22,779 nucleotides of DNA, from the UHGV virus genome UHGV-0189340; one strand, given 5' to 3'. Origin of the DNA: a virus. The translations under genes and the position numbers were made by a program. Each line of letters opens with the position of its first letter. Position 1 is the stretch's first letter. Positions 8,721 to 16,249 of the stretch are shown piece by piece. The notes under the pieces were generated by a model that worked only from the letters and a program-made list of their open reading frames with translations, had not been told where the DNA came from and made no database searches.

Positions 8721-9926
8721 TTACGCCTCCACGCCGTCAGTGGTGCCGGTTTCAGCCGGGGAAGTTTCGCCGTCAGCGACAGGCGCGCTGGCCGGAGCGG
8801 TGCCGGTCAGAGACTGCATTGCCTTGACCATCTCAGCAGCAAATACCGCCGCGCTGACCGGTTCGGTGGTGGCGGTTTCTTCCTGCTCGAGAATTTCGAT
8901 ATTCTCAATCAGGCAACCGGCCTCGTAGTCTTCGATAACAAAATCGACTTTTACCTGCTCATAGTTCTCCACCTGATCCAGTTTCGGATTCTCGACGATG
9001 TGGCGGCGGTGGCCGTCTTCGTACAGATAGATTGAAATGTTATCCAGCGTGGTGATGAAAACGCTGTTTGCCGGGAAGAACGGCGCGCGCACCGCCTGAA
9101 GCTGACCGATGGTTTTCTGGCTGATAATCAGCTCACCGGCGAGCTGTTCGCTGTTCGCCTGGAATTTGTTAATCATCGGGAAGTATTTGTCGGTCAGGAT
9201 ACGGCGACCACAGATAACGACCATTTCCGGGTTTTCACGGTGAATTTCCGCGACCAGCGACTCGAAAGCATCCATGACCATCGCGTCGAGGTTGGCGTAA
9301 TGACCACCCTTATCTTTTGAGCCGATTTTGATGGTGTCGGAAATCACTTTTCCGTCATCATCGGTAATGCAGGACATTACGCGCTCGGGCGCATCGTTGC
9401 GGTATTTCTGCAACCAGCCGACAGCCACGTCCTGAAGCAGCGGATTCTGAGCACGGTCAGAAGTCGCCGCCTGGCTCACGCCGTTAAAGCCGATAGTGAT
9501 GTAATCCAGCGCCTGACGCTTGATGATGGCGTTACGGATTCGGATTTGGAAATCCTGAAAACGCGCCCACAGGTCGAGTTTGTTGTACTTCAGGTGATAG
9601 TCGAAGTTCACCGGGTGGCAGAAATAGCGATATGCATCGAGCTTCGCGAAATCAGCGGTTTTACGCTCGACACCTCCGTCGGTGTCAGCGGTGCTGGCAA
9701 TGGAGCCGGTCACATCGATGCCGACTTTCTCTTCGGTCAGCTCGGAAACGGTCACCATGTTGATGAGCTTCAGGAAGCTGGACGACTGCTGAATTTTGTC
9801 AAACAGGGTCTGAGTGACCGACGGCTCGACAGTGAATTTTTTGTCGAGGTCGCTGGCCTCGATGCCGTTCAGTTCGGCGATACGGCTCAGATATTTATTG
9901 AATTGAAAACGGGTTTCTTTACGCAT
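8721..9926 (-). CDS. N: Major capsid protein, P2 gpN-like, with about 40-aa C-terminal extension
   Basis: N-terminus MRKETRFQFNKYLSRIAELNGIEASDLDKKFTVEPSVTQTL and the remainder align by eye with recalled P2 gpN (357 aa); this ORF is 401 aa. Confidence 0.9.
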   Translation of the reverse strand: MRKETRFQFNKYLSRIAELNGIEASDLDKKFTVEPSVTQTLFDKIQQSSSFLKLINMVTVSELTEEKVGIDVTGSIASTADTDGGVERKTADFAKLDAYRYFCHPVNFDYHLKYNKLDLWARFQDFQIRIRNAIIKRQALDYITIGFNGVSQAATSDRAQNPLLQDVAVGWLQKYRNDAPERVMSCITDDDGKVISDTIKIGSKDKGGHYANLDAMVMDAFESLVAEIHRENPEMVVICGRRILTDKYFPMINKFQANSEQLAGELIISQKTIGQLQAVRAPFFPANSVFITTLDNISIYLYEDGHRRHIVENPKLDQVENYEQVKVDFVIEDYEAGCLIENIEILEQEETATTEPVSAAVFAAEMVKAMQSLTGTAPASAPVADGETSPAETGTTDGVEA

Positions 9927-9957
9927 GGGTTATGTGTTCCTTCGGGTTTATCAGGGG

Positions 9958-10821
9958 TTAGCAGTCGGTCAGCGTGGAGCCCGCCGAATCACCGTCGCCA
10001 CCGGCGCTTAACTTGCGGCGCGGTTGCGTTTTGTCTTCGGTGTTTTCCAGCGTGTTTTTGATGGTGCTGAATTGCTGCGTGGTGGCTGCGGCCTGTTCGT
10101 TCAGCGCTTTTTTGACGGCAGCGACATCACTTTCAAGCTGGCTGAAACGCACCTCAGCGCTTTCGCCGCCGGTCTGCACCTGCACGGCGATGGCGGTCAC
10201 GGCTTCGTGCACGTCACCGAATCGCGCATCGTCGTCAGCCTGTTTACGGCTGAAGATGCCTTTCACGGTGTCGCTGATTTTGGTCAGCAGGTTGTCGGGC
10301 AGGTCTTCGAATTCCAGCTCGGCAAGGGTTGCCACTGAGAACAGGTCGCCCGGCTGGTCTTTCTTACCGGCCAGTGGGTTTTGTTGTACGCGGGAGCAGA
10401 ATTGCAGGTATTCGGTACCGAGGCTTGCCGGGTCATCGGTTACCGCCAGCCCGATGAGGTGACATTTGCCGGTATTGGCAAAGTTCGGGCGAATTTCCAT
10501 CGAGGTGTAAACCTTCTGGCCTTTCGCCAGCATCGCGAGCAGGTTGTCGAGCGGGGCAATTTTGCCGAACAGCGCCAGCTTGCCGTTGAGTGCCGAGTCG
10601 TCGTCGATCACTTGCGCTTTCACTTCCGTGACATCGCCATAGCGGCAAAACGGGCTGTCGGGAATAACGCTGCGGATATGCTCGAGGTTAATGCGACAGC
10701 CGTAGACGCGCGGGTCAAAGCCGTCGGCCATGTCCTGAATATCGGTCGCACTGATGACGCGACCGTCGCAGGTGTCACCCTCGACGCCGATGCGAAACCA
10801 TTTCGAATTTTTTTTAGCCAT
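9958..10821 (-). CDS. O: Capsid scaffolding protein, P2 gpO-like
   Basis: 287 aa (P2 gpO 284 aa); first gene of the leftward O-N-M-L operon, divergent from P. Confidence 0.88.
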   Translation of the reverse strand: MAKKNSKWFRIGVEGDTCDGRVISATDIQDMADGFDPRVYGCRINLEHIRSVIPDSPFCRYGDVTEVKAQVIDDDSALNGKLALFGKIAPLDNLLAMLAKGQKVYTSMEIRPNFANTGKCHLIGLAVTDDPASLGTEYLQFCSRVQQNPLAGKKDQPGDLFSVATLAELEFEDLPDNLLTKISDTVKGIFSRKQADDDARFGDVHEAVTAIAVQVQTGGESAEVRFSQLESDVAAVKKALNEQAAATTQQFSTIKNTLENTEDKTQPRRKLSAGGDGDSAGSTLTDC

Positions 10822-10985
10822 GAGTCAGGTGTCCTGAGTTGGGTTATCGGGTCGGTTGTAGTTTCCCGACTCAGCCGCTCACCAGCCACCGGTTACAGAA
10901 GTGCAACCCCTGACACAACAGGGGGTTAGCGATTCATCCCCCCTGAATCTTTAGCCTTGCCGTGTACTCATCACGGCGAGGTTTT
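10822..10985. promoter_or_regulatory. Divergent late promoter region between O (leftward) and P (rightward)
   Basis: 164-bp intergenic region between divergently oriented late operons, as in P2. Contains short hairpins (CCCCTG-N6-CAGGGG; CCGTG-N7-CACGG). I could not pick out a clean TGT-N12-ACA activator site. Confidence 0.5.
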
Positions 10986-12755
10986 ATGACCACTACAACC
11001 GACACATCACTACTCAACGATCCGCGACGACAGGCCGCGCTTTTGTTCTGGCAGGGCTATTCCGTGCCACAAATCGCGGAACAGTTGCAGGTCAAGCGCC
11101 CCACGGTGCAGAGCTGGAAGCAGCGCGATAAATGGGAAAAAACCGCACCGTTAAACCGGGTCGAGTTCACGCTCGAGGCTCGGCTGATTCAGCTCTATGC
11201 AAAGCCTGACCTGACGGCTCATGACTTTAAGGTCGCGGATTTTCTGGCGCGCCAGATGGAACGCCTCGCGCGGGTCAGTCGTTACGGTCAGACAGGTAAC
11301 GCAGCGGATTTAAACCCGAACGTGGCCAACCGCAACAAAGGGGAAAAGAAGAAGCCGAAAAAGAACTTTTTCAGCGAAGAGGCTATCGACAAGCTCGAAG
11401 AGATTTTCCTCGACCAGTCTTTCGACTATCAGCTCGAGTGGTGGCGCGCGGGGCTGGCGCACCGTATCAGGCACATCCTGAAATCACGACAGATTGGAGC
11501 GACATTCTACTTTGCGCGAGAGGCGCTGTTACAGGCGCTGAAGACCGGCCACAACCAGATATTTTTATCGGCCAGTAAGACACAGGCCTATGTATTTCGA
11601 AAATACATCATCGCCTTTGCCCGACTGGCTGGCGTCGAGCTCACCGGCGACCCGATTGTGCTCGGCAACAATGGCGCGGAGCTGATGTTTCTCGGCACCA
11701 ATGCCAACACGGCGCAGAGCCACAACGGCGACCTGTATGTCGATGAAATTTTCTGGATCCCCAACTTCCAGAAGCTGAAGCGCGTTGCCGGTGGCATGTC
11801 TTCACAGGAGCATTTGCGCACGACCTATTTTTCGACCCCCTCATCGCTGGCGCACGGTGCCTATCCGTTCTGGTCGGGTGAACAGTTCAACAAGGGACGC
11901 TCAGACAAGAGCGAGCGCGTCGATATCGATATCAGTCACGCAGCACTCGCGAAGGGTGTCGCTTGCCCGGACGGCCAGTGGCGGCAGATTGTCACCATCG
12001 AGGACGCACTCGCTAAAGGGTGCACACTGTTTAACATCGACACGCTGAAGCGCGAGAACAGCGTCGATGAGTTCCGTAATCTGTTTATGTGCGAGTTCGT
12101 CGACGATAAAGCGTCGGTATTCCCGTTCGAAGAGCTGCAACGCTGCATGGTCGACAGCCTCGAGAAATGGGAGGACTACACGCCATTTGCCGACCGGCCT
12201 TTCGGTCACCGCCCGGTGTGGATTGGTTACGACCCGTCATTACGCGGCGACAGCGCCGGGTGCGTCGTCATCGCGCCGCCAGTCGTCGCCGGTGGACGAT
12301 TCCGAATCCTCGAGCGCCATCAGTGGAAAGGGATGGATTTTGCTCAACAGGCCGAATCCATTCGCGAGCTCACGCAGAAATATACCGTCGAATACATCGG
12401 CATCGATGCGACCGGGCTCGGACAGGGCGTTTTCCAGTTAGTGCGCTCATTCTACCCGGCAGCGCGTGAAATCCGCTACACGCCGGAAATGAAAACCGCA
12501 ATGGTGCTGAAAGCCAAAGACACCATTCGCCGCGGTTGCCTCGAGTACGACGTCAGCGCGACCGATATCACGCAGTCGTTTATGTCTATCCGCAAAACCA
12601 TGACCAGCAGCGGGCGCAGCTCGACCTATGAGGCCAGCCGCACCGAGGAAGCCAGTCACGCCGATCTCGCGTGGGCAACCATGCACGTATTAATCAATGA
12701 GCCGCTGACCGCCGCGACCGGCGAACAGTCATCCAGTATTATGGAGTGGAACTAA
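10986..12755 (+). CDS. P: Terminase large (ATPase) subunit, P2 gpP-like
   Basis: 589 aa from the ATG at 10986 (GAGG 5 nt upstream); P2 gpP is about 590 aa. Stop overlaps the Q start (TAATG). Confidence 0.9.
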   Translation: MTTTTDTSLLNDPRRQAALLFWQGYSVPQIAEQLQVKRPTVQSWKQRDKWEKTAPLNRVEFTLEARLIQLYAKPDLTAHDFKVADFLARQMERLARVSRYGQTGNAADLNPNVANRNKGEKKKPKKNFFSEEAIDKLEEIFLDQSFDYQLEWWRAGLAHRIRHILKSRQIGATFYFAREALLQALKTGHNQIFLSASKTQAYVFRKYIIAFARLAGVELTGDPIVLGNNGAELMFLGTNANTAQSHNGDLYVDEIFWIPNFQKLKRVAGGMSSQEHLRTTYFSTPSSLAHGAYPFWSGEQFNKGRSDKSERVDIDISHAALAKGVACPDGQWRQIVTIEDALAKGCTLFNIDTLKRENSVDEFRNLFMCEFVDDKASVFPFEELQRCMVDSLEKWEDYTPFADRPFGHRPVWIGYDPSLRGDSAGCVVIAPPVVAGGRFRILERHQWKGMDFAQQAESIRELTQKYTVEYIGIDATGLGQGVFQLVRSFYPAAREIRYTPEMKTAMVLKAKDTIRRGCLEYDVSATDITQSFMSIRKTMTSSGRSSTYEASRTEEASHADLAWATMHVLINEPLTAATGEQSSSIMEWN

Positions 12756-13783
12756 TGAGCAAGAATCGCAACAACAAGCGACAGCAGCCGCGCCCCCAAA
12801 GTCACACCGCCGCATCGGCACAGAGCATGGAGGCATTCACCTTTGGCGAGCCGACGCCGGTACTCGATCGCCGCGACATTCTCGATTATGTGGAGTGCAT
12901 CGACAACGGCCAATGGTATGAGCCGCCGGTGAGCTTCTCCGGGCTGGCGAAGAGCATGCGCGCCGCCGTTCATCACAGCTCACCGATTTACGTGAAGCGT
13001 AATATTCTGGTGTCGACCTACATCCCGCACCCGCTGTTATCGCGTCAGGATTTCAGCCGGTTCGTGCTCGATTATCTGGTATTTGGCAACGCCTTTCTCG
13101 AAGAGCGTCGCGGTCTGACTGGCAAGCCGCTAAAGCTGGAGACCTCACCGGCCAAATATACCCGTCGTGGCGTTGATGATGACGTGTACTGGTATATCCA
13201 GTCCTACACGCAACCGCACCAGTTTTCGCCCGGTTCCGTCTTCCACCTGCTTGAGCCTGATATTAATCAGGAGCTGTACGGGATGCCGGAATACCTGAGC
13301 GCACTCAATTCAGCCTGGCTGAATGAGTCAGCGACACTGTTTCGTCGCAAGTATTACCAGAACGGCGCGCACGCAGGGTACATCATGTATGTGACCGATG
13401 CCGCTCAGAACAGCACTGACGTCGAAGCGTTGCGAAAGGCGATGCGCGACTCGAAAGGGCTCGGCAATTTTAAGAATCTGTTTTTCTACGCACCGCACGG
13501 TAAACCGGATGGGATTAAAATTGTGCCGCTGAGCGAAGTCGCGACGAAGGATGATTTTTTTAATATCAAGAAAGTCAGCGCCGCTGACCTGCTCGACGCG
13601 CACCGCATCCCGTTCCAGTTGATGGGCGGCAAGCCTGAGAACGTCGGCTCAGTGGGCGATATTGAGAAAGTGGCAAAAGTATTTGTTCGCAATGAATTAA
13701 CTCCATTGCAAGATAGGATTCGTGAATTAAATCATTGGTTTGGTGATAATTTAATTAAGTTCAAGCCGTATACCTTTGATTAA
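12755..13783 (+). CDS. Q: Portal protein, P2 gpQ-like
   Basis: 342 aa from the ATG overlapping the P stop (P2 gpQ 344 aa); the P-Q pair is transcribed toward cos as in P2. Confidence 0.9.
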   Translation: MSKNRNNKRQQPRPQSHTAASAQSMEAFTFGEPTPVLDRRDILDYVECIDNGQWYEPPVSFSGLAKSMRAAVHHSSPIYVKRNILVSTYIPHPLLSRQDFSRFVLDYLVFGNAFLEERRGLTGKPLKLETSPAKYTRRGVDDDVYWYIQSYTQPHQFSPGSVFHLLEPDINQELYGMPEYLSALNSAWLNESATLFRRKYYQNGAHAGYIMYVTDAAQNSTDVEALRKAMRDSKGLGNFKNLFFYAPHGKPDGIKIVPLSEVATKDDFFNIKKVSAADLLDAHRIPFQLMGGKPENVGSVGDIEKVAKVFVRNELTPLQDRIRELNHWFGDNLIKFKPYTFD

Positions 13784-13798
13784 GTATGAATGCAAAAA

Positions 13799-13830
13799 AT
13801 CCAGAGTCCATTATAATAATGACTCTGGAT
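13799..13830. terminator. Bidirectional rho-independent terminator between convergent Q and the cargo operon
   Basis: Perfect 10-bp inverted repeat ATCCAGAGTC / GACTCTGGAT with a 12-nt loop. The minus-strand reading is followed by a T-run (ATTTTTTGCATT); the plus-strand side has a weaker T-tract. Confidence 0.6.
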
Positions 13831-13839
13831 GAAAATGTT

Positions 13840-14526
13840 TTATTGCTTATCTTGTGGTGGTGGAACCTCTTTTTCTAAATTATCTACATACTCTCTAATA
13901 TTGAATGCTTTGTTTTTCCTTATTTCGGTAGTGTTAACCTTACTAACACCATCACGAATGTTTTTATTTATGGTGTCTATTAATTTTTGTCTTTCTTGTT
14001 CTGTTTTTATTATTTCACTTAAGAATGACTTTGCGTTTCTTGAAATGTCCGTCTGTCTATTAATGAATAGTATCGCATACACTGAAAAAACCAAGCAAGT
14101 AGTCGTTAGTGCGGAATTAAAAAATACCCCATAATAAACATTAACTTTTGTTATTGACGCTGATAACGTTAGTGATATCAAAAAAAACAAAATCAGGGTA
14201 AAAATATATGCAATGGTTACTTTGTTTTTAGTGGTGTCAAGAATGTATGAAGTTCTTTGATCATCAAAGTAATCCTTTATCCTTGATGGAGTGTTTGCGG
14301 GGAGTTCTAACTCCTTTATTTTATCATCAGCATCAATTAGTCGCTTAAACATGAGGCTAATGATTACGGCGCTAAAGACAGAGATCCCCTTTGAAATTAT
14401 AGGATCGAAATCAATTAAAAATGAGTATTTTGAATAAACAAAAACAATAACAAAACCACATATAAGCCCAATTACAATTGAGCTTGCTATGTTTTTTGCA
14501 TATGTTTGTAACGTATTGTTTATCAT
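13840..14526 (-). CDS. Uncharacterised four-helix membrane protein; second gene of cargo operon, candidate membrane effector
   Basis: 228 aa, AT-rich. Four hydrophobic helices in a 2+2 arrangement (about residues 13-31, 47-60, 105-126, 132-155) and a charged C-terminal tail. Its ATG overlaps the upstream stop (ATGA). Confidence 0.75.
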   Translation of the reverse strand: MINNTLQTYAKNIASSIVIGLICGFVIVFVYSKYSFLIDFDPIISKGISVFSAVIISLMFKRLIDADDKIKELELPANTPSRIKDYFDDQRTSYILDTTKNKVTIAYIFTLILFFLISLTLSASITKVNVYYGVFFNSALTTTCLVFSVYAILFINRQTDISRNAKSFLSEIIKTEQERQKLIDTINKNIRDGVSKVNTTEIRKNKAFNIREYVDNLEKEVPPPQDKQ

Positions 14527-15506
14527 GGGTTAATTACTCCGGTGTCTAGTAAGCGCAATAACCATGAAATCATTTCTTCAGCAACGTTGTCAGCAATTAG
14601 CATTCCATTGCTGTATTCAATATTAACTGAATCCTTTAGTTGAATCTCATCATTCCTGAGTATTCCTGCACCTTTTAACTCAATTGTTAAGCTTTCATCT
14701 CTATTATCAACCAAGCCTTGTGTAATTTTACGCAACATGTCTTGCTCAGACTCGCTTGCTTTATATTTATACCCAATGGAAATATCAATTGATAGAGATT
14801 CCCTGTCAGGTGAACCATCATTTAAAATGGCATTTTTCTTCATTTCATTAATTCGATGTTCACCTACGAGCGTTTTTAATAGCTCACTAGCTGTATCATC
14901 AATATTATTTCCATAGTAGGTTAAAGGCAGCTTTAAGCTAACATTTTTTACTATGTTACGTTTTAAAAAATCCGTATTTAGAGACAGGTTGTTTGCCTGT
15001 AAAACGATGAAGTTATCATCAGTAATAGATAGGTTGTCTTGTAGTATGAAATTTATATAATTTTCAATATCTTTTATTCTAATAGATCTGCTTTGCAGAA
15101 TTATGAAGTGGTTCTTAATCACACCAATGTATGCAATGCTTTCTAAATACTCTCTAGCATTCCCACTTGATAAATTTAATGTCTCGTATGTTAAAGCTGT
15201 TTTAGCATAATCGCTAACAGAGAAAACAGGAATGCTACTACCCGGTTCAATATAGACAATTTCCGCAAAAAACATTCCATGAATTTCTTTGCTATTTGAA
15301 AGAACCATGTGGGCGTGAGCAGCGACATTACCATTATTATCTGGAACATCAGGGAAGAATAATCTATCAGCAACATTTGGAACCTTGATTTTCACAAGGT
15401 TTGCCAACCTATCTTGCAGGTTTGATGTTAAAAGAGCATCCTTTTTAGGAAGCATTATTGCATGGCGATAATGCAGCATTTTACTCTTATAATCTTGCGT
15501 TGCCAT
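14523..15506 (-). CDS. Uncharacterised soluble protein; first gene of cargo operon, candidate sensor or enzymatic partner
   Basis: 327 aa, AT-rich, Asn/Ile/Leu-rich. Good RBS (AGAGGGA, 5-nt spacer) before the ATG at 15506. No Walker A, HxH or other motif I recognise. Confidence 0.78.
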   Translation of the reverse strand: MATQDYKSKMLHYRHAIMLPKKDALLTSNLQDRLANLVKIKVPNVADRLFFPDVPDNNGNVAAHAHMVLSNSKEIHGMFFAEIVYIEPGSSIPVFSVSDYAKTALTYETLNLSSGNAREYLESIAYIGVIKNHFIILQSRSIRIKDIENYINFILQDNLSITDDNFIVLQANNLSLNTDFLKRNIVKNVSLKLPLTYYGNNIDDTASELLKTLVGEHRINEMKKNAILNDGSPDRESLSIDISIGYKYKASESEQDMLRKITQGLVDNRDESLTIELKGAGILRNDEIQLKDSVNIEYSNGMLIADNVAEEMISWLLRLLDTGVINP

Positions 15507-15577
15507 AGAATCCCTCTTGCTATGAATATGTTATACACGGAGCGAAGCAATTATGTATTGTATTGCTCTGGCGCGCA

Positions 15578-15596
15578 ATGCTATCCCCGCCACGCC
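15578..15596 (-). other. cos site (19-nt cohesive end) of P2/186 type
   Basis: Minus strand reads GGCGTGGCGGGGATAGCAT followed by TGCGCGC. Recalled P2 left end is GGCGAGGCGGGGAAAGCAC-TGCGCGC and 186 cos is GGCGTGGCGGGGAAAGCAT (18/19 match). Confidence 0.8.
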
Positions 15597-15877
15597 TGCC
15601 CGCTTTATGGGGCGGTTTTAATGCAGTTGCATGACCACTCTGGATACGCGCCAGCTGTGGCGGCACACGGCTAGAACGTGCAACCCATGTCGCATGCAAA
15701 ATCATGCGCCTGATGCATGCACAGCTAAAAAACGGGAAATTCGTGGAAAAATGGCATAAAAAACGACTTTGAAAGTGCCGGCCATGGTCAGATTTTCAAG
15801 GGCAGGCTAACGCCTCGCGCGGCTCGTTGTTCAAACCCGCTGACGCCAAAATCTAGTTTTTGCATCAGCGCGTTTAC

Positions 15878-16060
15878 CTATTCAGCCTTATAGAAAATTT
15901 CGTCTTTTTCTTCGTCGCTTTCGCTGTTAGCTAGGCCGGCAATCAGAGTTAGTGCCAGCTTCAAATCTGCCGGTTTGCAGTTGGCAATAAGAGATATCTC
16001 GGCGATAAATTGCACACAAGCCCACTTTTGCTGCGTTCGGCTGAAATGTTTCCCAACCAT
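15878..16060 (-). CDS. Small acidic protein under a LexA box; possible SOS-inducible antirepressor (Tum-like role)
   Basis: 60-aa ORF with a strong RBS (GGGAGGG, about 6-nt spacer) and a LexA box about 20 bp upstream. Lies between A and cos, where 186 carries the LexA-controlled tum operon. No sequence homology to Tum is claimed. Confidence 0.5.
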   Translation of the reverse strand: MVGKHFSRTQQKWACVQFIAEISLIANCKPADLKLALTLIAGLANSESDEEKDEIFYKAE

Positions 16061-16080
16061 GAAATCCCTCCCAATAGGAT

Positions 16081-16100
16081 TACTGTGTATTTATACAGTA
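16081..16100. promoter_or_regulatory. LexA (SOS) box overlapping a promoter
   Basis: TACTGTGTATTTATACAGTA fits the CTGT-N8-ACAG consensus with an AT-rich spacer. The minus-strand context has a TTGCCA -35-like hexamer and TATAAA inside the box. Confidence 0.7.
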
Positions 16101-16249
16101 TAACGTATTGGCAAAAGATGGGAAGAGAAAAAGTGAATCGGGTAGGTGTTGTATGTACATGATATGGATGTAAATTAATCACCTGTGAGTTTTGATGTTT
16201 CTGCCAGCACCGCAACACGATTAAGGATTTCCCTAGGCTTTGCCTGAAG

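Noticed and set aside
7294-10929. Antisense or overlapping ORFs within L, M, N and O (e.g. 7367..7648+, 8145..8537+, 9546..10061+, 10024..10338+, 10381..10929+)
   Set aside because: Fully embedded in the opposite strand of capsid/terminase genes whose products match recalled P2 proteins; no independent support.
11588-12686. Minus-strand ORFs inside terminase P (11588..11821, 11901..12209, 12447..12686) and plus-strand alternative-frame ORFs
   Set aside because: Embedded antisense or off-frame within a 589-aa conserved terminase gene; GC-driven artefacts.
13829-14134. Plus-strand 101-aa ORF antisense to the 228-aa membrane-protein gene
   Set aside because: Its hydrophobic low-complexity translation is the mirror of the transmembrane gene on the other strand; the minus-strand gene has the operon context (ATGA coupling and terminator).
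13840-15506. Assigning the two-gene cargo operon to a named defence system (Kiwa KwaA/KwaB or RexA/RexB)
   Set aside because: Not supportable from memory alone: Kiwa encodes the membrane protein first whereas here the soluble protein is first, and I see no sequence similarity to RexA/RexB; left as uncharacterised pending profile searches.
15520-15705. 61-aa minus-strand ORF spanning the cos site, and the 15462..15674 plus-strand ORF
   Set aside because: They overlap the cohesive-end sequence and terminase recognition region and have no RBS; cos-flanking DNA in P2 is non-coding.
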